This document shows, one piece after another, positions 25,409-37,421 of a DNA stretch of 54,618 bases; position 1 is the stretch's first letter; every line of letters begins with the position of its first letter. A program made the position numbers and the translations under genes. The DNA is from Girardia tigrina (lineage: Eukaryota). The notes under the pieces are model-generated. The model did no database searches. It had not been told where the DNA came from and saw only the letters and a program-made list of their open reading frames with translations. The stretch covers positions 1 to 54,618 of the forward strand of contig MQRK01215724.1 in assembly GCA_001938485.1 (NCBI GenBank). The letters run 5' to 3'.

Positions 25409-26159
25409 AAACGAAAGGAGTAAATAAACATTCAAAACCGAACCCTATTATACTCTTTGTTTATGAAAATTGACTACTTCTTGATATCAGTTAATAGTGC
25501 TAAGGAATATGAAATATTATTTTATATAATCCTAATGTCCTTCTATAAAAATGCATTAAAACGGTCATCTGAGATTTCCTAAAAAACATTCAAATAGGTT
25601 TGAAGACAACAAATAAACCCTCTGTTCTTACAAACATTATGATCATTCCTATTTTCAATCAGAAATATACAATTTCATTCAACAAGATTAATGAGAAAAA
25701 TTAATTTTTTAGTCCCATTTTAATCTTTCTTTTCAATTTATTTTAATTTTTCTTAATGAGAAATAGAATACAGAATAAATCTGGTTTAATTAAAACGATT
25801 TTTAAGAAAAAAGAAAACGATTTAAAAAGAATGAAAAGAATAATTGGAAATTGTCTACAGATATTAAATAACTGAAACAATCAAACTCGGAGAAGAGGAT
25901 AATTATAAGAAAGATAATAGGAGCATTACAATAAAAACAGAGATAGGTTTATTCCATAATCAATGACTGACCTAGGAAGGTTAGTTGGTTTGGAATAAAC
26001 TGAAATTGTAGCCAAAATATTACACAATGGATGCTAATTTCATTATTATACATAATTATATAAATATTTCCACTTCATTAAAATATAAATTTTTAGAATA
26101 TTTTTAATAGTCATATAAATCCTTGCTTAATTTGAAAAGGTAGTCCGTCTAGTGGTCTG

Positions 26160-26204
<45 letters not shown>

Positions 26205-26208
<4 letters not shown>

Positions 26209-26871
26209 AGGGTTTCGAAAAATACATTCGAATACTTTTGATAAAATTTTATGTAGAAAAAATTTTAAAATAATTATTTTGGTAAAATTATTAATTTCAA
26301 ACAAAATAATATTTATTTTAACAAAATTTGGAATTGAAAATTAAAATTATTTTAGTCTGTTTTATTTTATCAATTTTTAAGGCTGATGAAAACTATTACA
26401 TAAACAGCAGCAAATTTAGTTTAGTTTACCCAAAAATTCTCTCGACAAAAACAAAACCAAGGAAGCAAGTAAACTTGTTATAAAGAATTATTTTTTATTT
26501 ATTATTTATTTAAAATATTCTTTTTTTTAAACCATAAGTATCCCGTATGGGAGAAAAAAGGTTTAATTTAAATCTAAACTATCGTTCGTTTTAGAGATTC
26601 ACAGTTTTTGCTGTAATCTGTTAACCCGTACGAAATATTAATTTGTGTTTGTGTTCTGTCATCAAGAATTGAATTATTATTATTGTTTTTGATTTGTTAA
26701 TTTTTTTTATTTGAAATAAAGTTTCATAAAAGAATTTGTGTTCATTGTCTATATATTTATGTTGGAAGTTCTTACTGATTAATTGGAGTCAGATTTACGA
26801 TTAAAGATTACAGAATAAAGATTTGTGTTTAAAAAGTAAATATTCAAGATTAAAGATTTTTAATACCAAAC

Positions 26872-26872
<1 letters not shown>
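26205..26872. mobile_element. Solo LTR (Gypsy-type termini) inserted in a (TA)n tract
   Basis: TGTTAGGG...CCAAACA with (TA)n on both sides; homologous to 40285-40939. Confidence 0.8.
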
Positions 26873-26913
<41 letters not shown>

Positions 26914-26950
26914 NATATAGGGTTCTTGATCAAAAGAAGACATCATTAAC

Positions 26951-29030
26951 TGTTGGGACCAGTGAGTTTTTCCTTCACGTCAGCCTCGGGGCTATTCGTT
27001 GCACCGGCACCGAGGCAGGCGAAGGAAAAACTCCCTAAATCTAAAAAACGAAAAATAAAATATTATAATGATAATTTATAATTAATTAATTAAAAAAGAG
27101 AAACTTTAAATTGTTTTTGACCCTTTGATCCTGTCGATTTGAATATTTTCTTGTGAGAATTTGATGGCCTAATTTGCTGACGTGGGTTTGATTGGAATTT
27201 TGACCATCTCTGGGTTGTTTCTATCTGAGGACTGTTGACTTAGTGAAGGATGATTGAAGGTTGACTGTGAGAATTGTCTGCTTGCTGGTTCTGTGAGTTT
27301 TTGTGACGAAAGATTGGTATAAATTCATCCGAATTTGTGCACTTGATCAGACTTTTTTCTTTGAATAAATTTTATTTAAAAAAAATTGTTTTGTACTTAG
27401 GTAATTTTTGGATTTTATTTCCTTTTTTTGAACTTGATGCAGGTTGGGGATCATCCTCAAGGCTGCCGATCTGTTGATATATAACGGTAGGTGCTTATAG
27501 TTCCTGCCGAGACTATTGACGATCAGGTAGGGAATATGAACAGGTTGTGAGGTAATTTGATGACTGCTGATCTATTTTAATAGATTAACGGCAGGTGCTT
27601 ATAGTACCTGCCGAGACTATTGACGATCTGGAAGTTTGAGAAAGTCCTTGCCAAGTTTCATTTCTAGAAGAGAATTCGTTTCTCTCAGTCTCCACCAATT
27701 ATTTTTTTGTTTTTTTATTTTTATTTTTTTAATTTTTTTTAATCCACTCATCGTCCTTATTCAGCATGGATAGGAAATATAACGAAAACAAAGATCAACA
27801 AAGAGAACTGCTGCTGGGGTTGCAGAAATGGAAAGGCGAATGTGCCAATTTATATGACGAATTGACGAAGAGGACAACCGAATTTGAGGACTACAGAAAG
27901 CATTCAGTTCCTCTATCAAATCACAAACCGGTTGTGGATAAATATTTATTAGAACAACAGAAAATAAAGTCCTTGCAAAACGAGGTCACCGAGATGAGAA
28001 TTCTGCAAAATATATCCAGCTACTACAAGAAGGTGATCGAAAAGGTCTCAGAAGAGCAACCGGAAATAATTATAGAAACAGCAAGCAAGGTTGGATCAAA
28101 TACGGAAAAGAAGCCTCTGGTGACGAATCAGAACATTTATGGGTCAATTATGAAAGAGAATATGGCATCATCTTCCTCTGGGGTGCTCAGCAGATCTCAG
28201 AAGTGGCGGGAGCAGAGGAAGCGAAAGGCTCAAATGTTTCAACAGGCCAAGAATGAGCTGCAAGCTGTTTTTAAAACCAGTCGTATTGAGGTTGACATCC
28301 AAGATGGAAAGACGGTAATCAGAAATGACGCCAGTCAAAGAGAGTCTTCTGATTTTGATACCTCGCATCAAATTTCTTTGTTTTTTCCAACAAATAATTT
28401 CAAAGAGACTCTAGAACAACAAGAATGGCTGGACTTTAAATCAAGACTTGAAATTTAGAAGGAGAATCGTGACCGACTATAGTTCCGCTCTATCACAACT
28501 GATAAAGGTGAAGAGTTTGTCAATCTATCAGATTTGGATGATTAGGGACGATAGGTGGATTGCCTTTGATTAGCATTTTCTTTTGTTATATTTTAATAAA
28601 ACAATGTCAACATATAATTTGTTCATGTTCTTTTAACTTTAATCTCTCATATGAAAATGATAAACTCATAATAAGAAATATTATAATCAAATAAAAAAAC
28701 ATGTTGAGGAAAAAATAAGATAATCATTAACTAAATAGAAGTAGCATAAGCCAACTTTCATAGACTTAATATATTTAAATATAATGTAGAACCCAATAGG
28801 TACTTCATCAACTTCACTGGCGAGATAAAAGGGCCAGATAAGGTTGATATGGTACGATATGGATCTCTAATAAGTGTGAGTTAGAGGCACTTAGCGGAGA
28901 GACATATCTAAATAATATGTTTTGTCAAAATAAACTCAGATGTTAAGGCATACCATGAAACAAATAAATTTACATTAATAAAATTAAAATAATGATATAA
29001 AATCCAACACCAATAATATCACACCCAACA
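26951..29030. mobile_element. 2,080-bp TG...CA element (long solo LTR-like) with a 4-bp TSD and an internal ORF
   Basis: Termini TGTTGGG/CCCAACA, flanked by TAAC at 26947-26950 and 29031-29034. No direct repeat is shared by the two ends, and no gag/pol motifs are present. Confidence 0.72.
27766..28458 (+). CDS. Hypothetical 230-aa protein with N-terminal coiled-coil-like region and basic WREQRKRK patch
   Basis: Longest ORF in the window, with higher GC than the background. A T-rich tract and TTCAG acceptor lie directly before the ATG, and AATAAA is at about 28595. Confidence 0.65.
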   Translation: MDRKYNENKDQQRELLLGLQKWKGECANLYDELTKRTTEFEDYRKHSVPLSNHKPVVDKYLLEQQKIKSLQNEVTEMRILQNISSYYKKVIEKVSEEQPEIIIETASKVGSNTEKKPLVTNQNIYGSIMKENMASSSSGVLSRSQKWREQRKRKAQMFQQAKNELQAVFKTSRIEVDIQDGKTVIRNDASQRESSDFDTSHQISLFFPTNNFKETLEQQEWLDFKSRLEI

Positions 29031-29889
29031 TAACTCAAAATTTTATTTCTAACACAATTCAAGTTTTTTAAACAGACATGTCCGAGGAAATTTTGAATTT
29101 TCTTTTTTACACAAACCATTATGAATAAAAGTAAATAAAAAGATGGATATAGTTATTTCATTTATTAGGAATTTAAATTTACACTTTTTTTGTTAAAATT
29201 TTAAGGTTATTAAAATTTTTCACAAAGTTTTTTGTTGCATCTTTTATTAAATTTTCATAAATTTAATCGTTTCTGAATTACATTTCCCAATTCTATAATA
29301 CAACATTTTCATTTTGTTTTCATAATCATTTAAATATTATTTTTTAGATTCGATAACATAACGTTTTAAAGATAAAATTAAAATCGCAATTTTCGTTTGA
29401 TTTAAAAACTTTTAAATTACCCCTTGTTTAGATAAAATAAAATTATATTTTCAATAATAAGTACGTTTTTAGTTTAATTAAACAACTTTTAAATTACCTT
29501 CGCATCTTTTTAAAATAACTTTTAAAATAAAAGTTATATTGCTTAAAAAATTGAAAATTATATTTTGATTTAAAATTTATGAATAATTATCAAAAGTTAC
29601 GAAATAGTTTTATAGTTTATTTATTATTTCTCAAAAATTAAATTTTATGTTTCATAAAATTGCAATTCACTTTATTAATAAATATATTTAATGGTTTTAT
29701 GTTCACATTAAAAATTAATTTTATATAAATTACTTTTTTACGCTATTTTATAAAAATTTCATTTTAACCTAATCTGAAAAAAAGAAATGTAAAATATTTA
29801 ATTATTAAATTGATTAGATTTCAAATCCGAAATTTTATGAACTCAAAAAAGCTACTAACAATATATATATTTATATCTTTTTTATATTT

Positions 29890-30685
29890 TATCTCTGGTT
29901 TAACAAAAATCACACACGCTCCATGGGCAATCATAACTAAATACAGAACTAACACACGGCCTCGAATTTCTGAATATTTCAAGAAGATAATCTTTCATGA
30001 AATGAGCATTAAAAAGAGATTTTATATTAATATTTTATCAGTTGATCATCAAAGTTATGCCTTTTTAAATTTAAAGAATGTTTCCTTTAGTCTATTGGAG
30101 AAATGATTGTTGTATCTCAACAGAGGCTTTTTCGGTTTCTTCACCAAGAATAGCTGACCACCAACAAATTCCCGAAGCACGTACCCATACGATTGATCCC
30201 ATCTGTAGTTCCGTCGATATGTCATCACCGAATCGCATGAATAATCGATTTGTAACTAATCTATGACAACTGTCACCTTTAACCCGATTTTTGTCACTCT
30301 CCTTATCGATCGTGGATTTGACAGTCGATTTATTTTGCAGACACACGTTTGGTGCCATCATTTTAAATTCATTCTCCAAAATATCGCTTTTCAAAATTTT
30401 AATATCGATATTTTTGGAATTACGATGGACGAGTACGAGAAAAAAATTATTAGAACAGACATAGCAGTCCTTAACTGGTGGTAACGGTTTAACTGTCTGG
30501 ACAGTTTTGCCTCGCGCAGACACGAAGTCAGAAACCAATACGTCATAACATTTCTCCAACTGAACTTCGAATAACTTAATGATTTTAAATTGTTCATCGG
30601 TTATTATCGAAATCTTTAAACATTGAAGTAATTTCACGGCCGAATTAAACAGTTCGACAAACCGATAAATGATATTCGCATTCAT
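29890..30685 (-). pseudogene. PWWP-domain-like gene or pseudogene
   Basis: The 197-aa ORF ends with LQMGSIVWVRASGICWWSAIL, resembling the PWWP signature G.LVW.K..G.PWWPA. A possible downstream exon (RGRVLVLYL/YDCPWSV) needs a frameshift. Confidence 0.5.
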
Positions 30686-31299
30686 TCTCTCAAAGGGATT
30701 TTTCCTTTTTTTTAATTAAATTAGCATTAAGTAACATGATGCAATCCTTTTCGACAAAAAACTTTTTCAAGTTAATCCATCAATATCGAGTTTTCAACAA
30801 TAAATTAAAAATTGACTTTTAAACAATGACACAATTTTTTTTATTTAATCGATCAATATCGAAATTCCAATATTACATAAATTTTCCACTTGCAGAAAAC
30901 ACTGCTCATCGAAATTGAAAAATTGTGAATTGTAAACAAACAAAAAAAACCAGTTTGGGAACTATAGAACAAATTATTTGCAATGAGATTGTGAGTATGA
31001 ATAGTTATGTAATCAATATTGTTTGTTACTAACAGAAGTAACTAAGATTAATTGCGTAATAATTATTGAGTGATTGCTGATTAAATTGATTGTGTAAAGT
31101 CAGTTGTGATGACACAATAATATGGGTTACTTGAATGTATGCTGAATGTATGTTGATAGTATATGTTTGTTTGAGAGTGTAAATCAATGAAAAGGCTTTG
31201 AAAATGTGAGTCATTATAACATCACTCTTTTCCCCATTAAATAGTTGAGATTATTGATATTGTGTTATAGTTAATAAATCATATAATCGGAATTTGTTA

Positions 31300-31970
31300 T
31301 TTGATATTAAATGGATAACAGAGATAATAGATCTTAGAATACGAAAATGAAAGTTAGTCGGAAGTATATTTCTGATAGGGCAGTAGCATTGAGTAAAGAG
31401 TTTAATATTAAATTAAAGGCTACTGGAAATTAAGGTCATGTTTCCTTTGATTGATTTAAGCAACGATAAGTGTATTATTTGAGATTCGTGTCGAGTTCAT
31501 TTAAGCCTACAAGTAAAAGAACATTGTATTGAGAGAAATGTTGAAATGATCGTAATCCCAGGGGGATCAACACCTTATCTACAAGCAAGAGATATAGGAA
31601 TTTTTCGTTCTTTGAAAGATTTGATATATTTTCGTATTAATGAATGGAAGAACTCTGATTCTATTGTTTATATCAAAAATGGTAATCCAAAACCGCAATC
31701 AAAGGAATTGGTTAATTCATGGGTCAGAGAATCTTTGAATGAATTGAAAACCGAAACCATATAAAACTCAATAATATCATCGAACCCTGACGATTGGCAT
31801 ATAGCAAATGTGTATGGTAGAAAGTTTTGCGAGGCTTGGGCTGTTTCAAACCAGATTGAACAATTTCCCTACGAGTCTATTTCCAGGGAAGATGTAGAGG
31901 ATCAGGATGTAGACTATTTAGATGATAATGATGATGTAGAATGTTTGGATTTCGTTAATGAATAAAGTAT
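31300..31970 (+). mobile_element. pogo/Tigger-like (DDE_1) transposase remnant
   Basis: VIPGGSTPYLQARDIGIFRSLK (IPGG.T..LQP.D.G), GNPKP..KELVNSWV and an acidic tail. Confidence 0.8.
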
Positions 31971-32834
31971 TATTGATATTTGTTTTCTTTTTTTATTCAT
32001 ATTTTGATATTTTTGTTAATGGGAATTGAAAGCACCATATATTATCAGGACCCAAATAGTATGACCAACTTAAAAAATTTAGTCATACTATTTAAATATT
32101 ATTAGTGATACTATTTGGCGATATCCGTTATATACCTTTTCAAATTTCGTAATTTTTGTCTGAATATTTAAACAACGTGTATTGATTTGACTTGTTTTGA
32201 GAAACGCTTGTTATTTAAATTTTACTGACTTTAAACCGAAACGATTCTTTTTGTAATTTTATTATTTAATTTAATTTAATTTTATGGAATTTTGGTTTGT
32301 CGAAAATCTTCTCGGTAATTTTGTAATCTTTTATTAATTTTTGTTATTTTTAAATCTCTTTAATAATTAATTCCCAACTACTTTAACTTTCTAGAAAAAT
32401 TTTAAATTTAATGTCCTTCAAAATTTATCCTTCTGGTTCTTAAGGTCCAAATACATTGTGAAGAGAATTATTATCGAAAATAATAATTGTATGTTGCGTA
32501 ATTTATGTATGGAATGTTTGAGGTGTGATCTTTGTATTGTTGTGTAATAGGTCACGACCGAAATAGTGTGTATGGTGAAATGAATGAGTGTATGTTTGAC
32601 CCAGATTGATGACGGCATTAATCAATATATATATATACTGATAATATTCCTCATTTTATTGTCTTTTAAATAAATTTTATGACAGTCTCGAAGTCTTCTA
32701 ACATACATATTATTATACAACAATCAGCAGTCTACATATCGAACAATGTTGATTCATAACCGTAGTGTTGAAATTGTACGTAAATTGTGCCTCTTTCTTT
32801 TATACATATCACACAACAAAAGGCAGATGAAGTA

Positions 32835-33073
32835 TTAGGTTGATGAATAAGTTCCCGCCGTTTTTTGAATTTTTAATCAATTCTTTTAATGAATTCTTCG
32901 AGTCATGACCGGGCGATTTCTACCAAAGAGGCATTGAAAAACTCTTTGAACGTTGGGAAGGAGTCGTGAACAATGGCAGAGATTATATTTGTGATTAATT
33001 TGTAGTAACTTTTTTGTTAAAAAATAAAATTTTAATTTTTCAAAAAACGGCGGGAACTTATTCTACAACCCAA
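32835..33073 (+). mobile_element. Non-autonomous mariner deletion derivative (MITE-like)
   Basis: About 33-bp TIRs TTAGGTTGATGAATAAGTTCCCGCCGTTTTTTGAA / TTCAAAAAACGGCGGGAACTTATTCTACAACCCAA, TA flanks, and a residual C-terminus GIEKLFERWEGVVNNGRDYI. Confidence 0.92.
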
Positions 33074-34689
33074 TACAAATAAAATCTGGTGCGTATAATA
33101 GTTGCGTTTAATATTAAAAAAGTTTAACCCATAAAAACCATTTCAGTCCAAATTAATTTTCCATTCAAATAAATATTTTATTAAAATATCATAAATAATA
33201 AAATTTAAATATCAAATATCATAAGAGAGCAAAACTCCCCAGTGCACAGACGTCGTTTGAATTTCAAGGTATGGTCTTGAAGGCATGGTGGAGTTAAACA
33301 GAATAATAAAAGTTGGTTGTTTTAAAATTCGAACAAGAATTGTGAATTTCAAAGCTTCTTTAATTGAAGTAAATAAACGCTTTTTATTTTGTTGTTAACT
33401 TATTTTACTCTAGTGCCACAAAGATTTTACTCAGTTTTAATATATTTTTTTAGAAACAGTGTAATGCAAATTGTTTAAAATTTAATAATAGTTAAAATTA
33501 TAACTTGCATTCTGTACTTAATACTTTAATTATAAAATTATTTAAAATCTCAAATTACCTCAGTGAACATGAAAAATGAACTCTATCCTCATAATAAATA
33601 TCATAATTGAAAAACATTCAGATCAATCCTCCTCTATAATTGAGAATACAAAACGAATATTTTCATTAAAATTTGAATGAACTCTAAAATCGATTTGAAG
33701 ATTAATTTCCTTTAAGAAATATATCTCCAAATGCACTTTCAGACAATTTCTATATTATATATGAAACGTTTCCATAGCAAACAATAAATGCAATAATTTT
33801 ATAATCATGAGTCCTTTACCTAAGTATTATTCAGCTATTTACGAACACATTAGGTCACAATTTTTGGCTTAATTTCAACAAAATGAATTTCTTGAAACGA
33901 AGAGTCTAAATAATTGGAGATACACGTTGCTTTTACTTTGGCGTCGGTTGAGTATTTAATCTCAGACTTTAAAGTAACAAAAATCTTTGCTGAAACTGTA
34001 CTTATTTGCTATTCTCTAGAAGAAAAAAATATTTATTAAATTAGATTTAAACTTATTTATTAAATTATTTTTCAATTATTTTTATTAAATTATTTAAATT
34101 TATTTATTAAATTACATTTAAAATGAAGTACATACGATTTTATCAGAAAAATGAAAATTCCAAAATTATAATAATACCACGTTTTTTTCGAAAATAACTC
34201 TGGTAGTAATATTATTTTTTTAATATTTTATTCGAATTCATAATAAAATTCAGACTAAGTGTTATTTTTATGGGTAGAATTTTTATTAATTAAAATAAAT
34301 AAGTAGGAAAATTAACTAAAAAAATTTGTATTTCAATTATTGATATTCTGTCATGTTCAAGAATACTGTCATTATCGAAATCTGTAGATTAATGCCTCTG
34401 AACTCATTTTTTTTGGAAAAATAGTGCTCAAGTCGTTCATGTTTAGCAATTTCAATTATTTTCAAAGGAGAAGATCTTGTCTAAATAAGCAGCCAGTAAA
34501 GCATTTGAGGCGTGTTCATTGGTAATCTTGCCCCATGAGTTTTTTTACCCAATTAATTACTTCACTTATTTTTGGTTTGATAAGTCTTTGTTTTCCTTAC
34601 GTTTTATATGATTTTCTAAATAGTCATTAACTTCACATTTAATATAACCCTTAAATGGTTTGTTGATGTCTATATCGAGTGATTGAATG

Positions 34690-35762
34690 TATCCTTTCGA
34701 TTTGTCAATGCACAAGGAAATATTTTATTTCTTTGGCACAATGTGTGCTTGATGAATCCCATAAGAATAATCCTCTTTGAAAAATCCTCTTTGTGATATA
34801 TGGATTTGTGCCAAATCCTGTTGCAAGAGCAAATCTGCAATTTCTGGGAGGAATGGAAACAGTTCATAATCAAGGATTGCTCGGTACTCCATGGAATTTA
34901 TGTTTTTAGTACACTTGACCAATGGGCCAGTACCAATGACTGCAAATCATTATGGAACCACCGCCGTACTTGACTGTTGGAAGAACACAATCAGAATGGA
35001 ATCGTTCATCAATGCACCGCCATGCAAATTGGCATCCATCGGAATGGAAGAGCGTAAAACGGGACTCATCGCTCCATATAATTTTCTGCCAATCAGCAGG
35101 AGTCCAGATACGTCTGGCATTGCACCAACATTGACGCCGCATGCGAATGGATTCTGAAATAAATGATTTTCTTGCACAAACTCTCACGTAGAAACCCAAG
35201 GATTTCGGCGAACTGTAGACATGCTAGCCTGTGTGTGGCCTGCATTGTACTCAGCAGTGATTTGCGCCAAGGGCATGCACCGCATCTATTTCATAAGTCG
35301 AACAAGCTGTAGTTGGTCACGATTGCCCAAACATTTTCGTCGGCCAGATCGCTCCTTGTTCACATGACTGTATGTGCTGCGATACTTTCGGAGAAATGAA
35401 TCGATTGTTGATTTGGGGTGACAGTTAGCTGTGCAATTTCACTCTGAGATTTGTTGCACAGATGGCAGCCATAGATTACGCCCTTCTCAAAGTCCGTAAG
35501 CTTATTTCGTAACACAATGAATAGCAATATAGTGAATAATAGTGAAATAGAAAAAACACTTCATGCAATATCATTTCTAAGAAATCTATTTATAGACAAC
35601 CAATAGGAAGGCCAACAACAGTATAAACTTTATCATTTCAATATACTGATAGTATGACAACCTTATAATTCTTTCATTTTAAATGACTTTCTCAATAAAC
35701 TCATAATATAACAGAAAAGAGTCAAATATGCTTCTGATCGAAGACTTTTGGTAGAGCAGGGT
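34690..35762 (-). mobile_element. Tc1-family transposon remnant
   Basis: LTDFEKGVIYG HTH start, WTPADWQKIIWSDESRF, TVKYGGGSIM and LLQQD; TIR-like right end near 35740-35762. Confidence 0.9.
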
Positions 35763-35849
35763 ATATTTAGTATATTTTCTTTAGTAAAAAAACTATGATT
35801 ATTTGATATAATGATTTCAATCCAAATAACTACCGAGGTATTTTTCTTT

Positions 35850-36330
35850 TAGATGTAGAAGGAAAGATTCTAGCCAGAATCATCGCGAACTGAATCACTT
35901 TGATCACCGCAGCGACACTGTATGAGTAGCAGTATGGATTCCAACCGGCAAGAGGAACTCAGTTTGCTTTAAGTATCTTAAGGAAACTGCAGGAGGAAGC
36001 GCGATACAAGGAAATCAATATTTATGATATCATTATCGACTTGGAGAAAGCATTTGACAGGGAGTTTCTCTAGAGCAGTTTAAAGAGACTAGGGATAAGG
36101 GGGAGAATTTTATAGACCGTCTAAGCTTTCATTAAAGGATTCGAAAGTTTTTTAAATAATGAAACCTTCAACATGGATAAAAGAGTGCGTCAAGGTTGTG
36201 TCATAGGGCCACTCATGTTCAATATTGTATTCGACAAGGTGATGAAAAGCAATATTAAACGGTCTCTCTGAATGAGTAATGATGAAAAATGAAGATGGAA
36301 GCTTCCCTGAAATCAACAGACTAGCGTATG
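35850..36330 (+). mobile_element. LINE (RTE-like) reverse transcriptase fragment
   Basis: GKILARII, QYGF, IDLEKAFD and VRQGCVIGPLMFNIVFD, with stops and frameshifts. Confidence 0.88.
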
Positions 36331-36416
36331 AAATGAACTTTTTATTTTAAAGCAAAACTTTCTGTGTGTACATAAATGCCCAAAATATTCATAAAAACCG
36401 AATAATAGTATGTATA

Positions 36417-36566
36417 AACCTTGTTATGATATATTAAAACTTTTTATTAATATGTTAAAACCTTTCTATAATGATACAAAACCTTGTATTAATATACAAA
36501 AAATTTTAATTAATATAAAGAAACCTTGTATTATTATAAAAAATCTTGTATTGATATATAAAAACC
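36417..36566. repeat. 21-bp degenerate minisatellite (AAACCTTGTATTAATATA...)
   Basis: About 7 copies; they explain the KPC/KPF repeat in ORF 36410-36616. Confidence 0.8.
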
Positions 36567-37421
36567 AAGTTTATCCAACAATACATACTCATCCTATTTC
36601 AATACATAACCTCTAAATAACTCATATAAATCCATTTTCAAGAAAATTTAAAATAAATGTTTATATAAATTTTAAAAAATTAAAAAAAAGTTTTTGAGGA
36701 GAAATTTATTCAGAATTAAGGCTCTAAATTAATTACAAAAAAACATTTTAAAATTGCATTTTAAGTTATTTTTATCATTAAAAAATACAGTTTGAGAAAA
36801 TGTGTAAATGAAAATTCTTCTAAAATTTGTTTTTATAATTAAGTTTTATGGCTCGGTAAATTGAAAACTTTAAGTATATTGAAATAATTTTATTTTGCTA
36901 ATTATCCATATGAACCCCAATGAGATTACAGAGAAATCTTGAGACAACTCTAAAAATTTTCCGAGATTTAGAAAAAACGTTTATTTTTCTTAAAAAAAAT
37001 TTTAATTTGTAAAAAAAATTTTCTTAAATAATAACCAAAAAAATTATTTCTATTAAGTTTTAAAATAAAAAATAAAATAAATTTTGAAATACGAATAATT
37101 GAAAATTAATTATATTTGAATAAAATTGAAAATTAATTGTTGATTTAAATAATAAATATTTTTTTACAAATATTTCTTTTTTTAATAAATAAAAATAAAT
37201 TTTGTTTTAAAAATCAAGGAAAAACTCAATTAAATATCATAATAATGCTGGAATAAAAATTTTAGAAATTTATTTATATATTAATGTGTGAGATATATCG
37301 GTAAAGCCAGGAGAGGATAAAGGAAACAAAATTTAAAAGGAAAATTAAAAAAATAGAAAAGAAAAGTAAAGCAGTGAAAAGAAAATAATAAACAAAAATG
37401 TTATTTTTAAATTAATTTGAA

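Noticed and set aside
26947-26965. Twister-like GGTCCCAA loop on the minus strand
   Set aside because: It overlaps the element terminus and lacks the other twister features.
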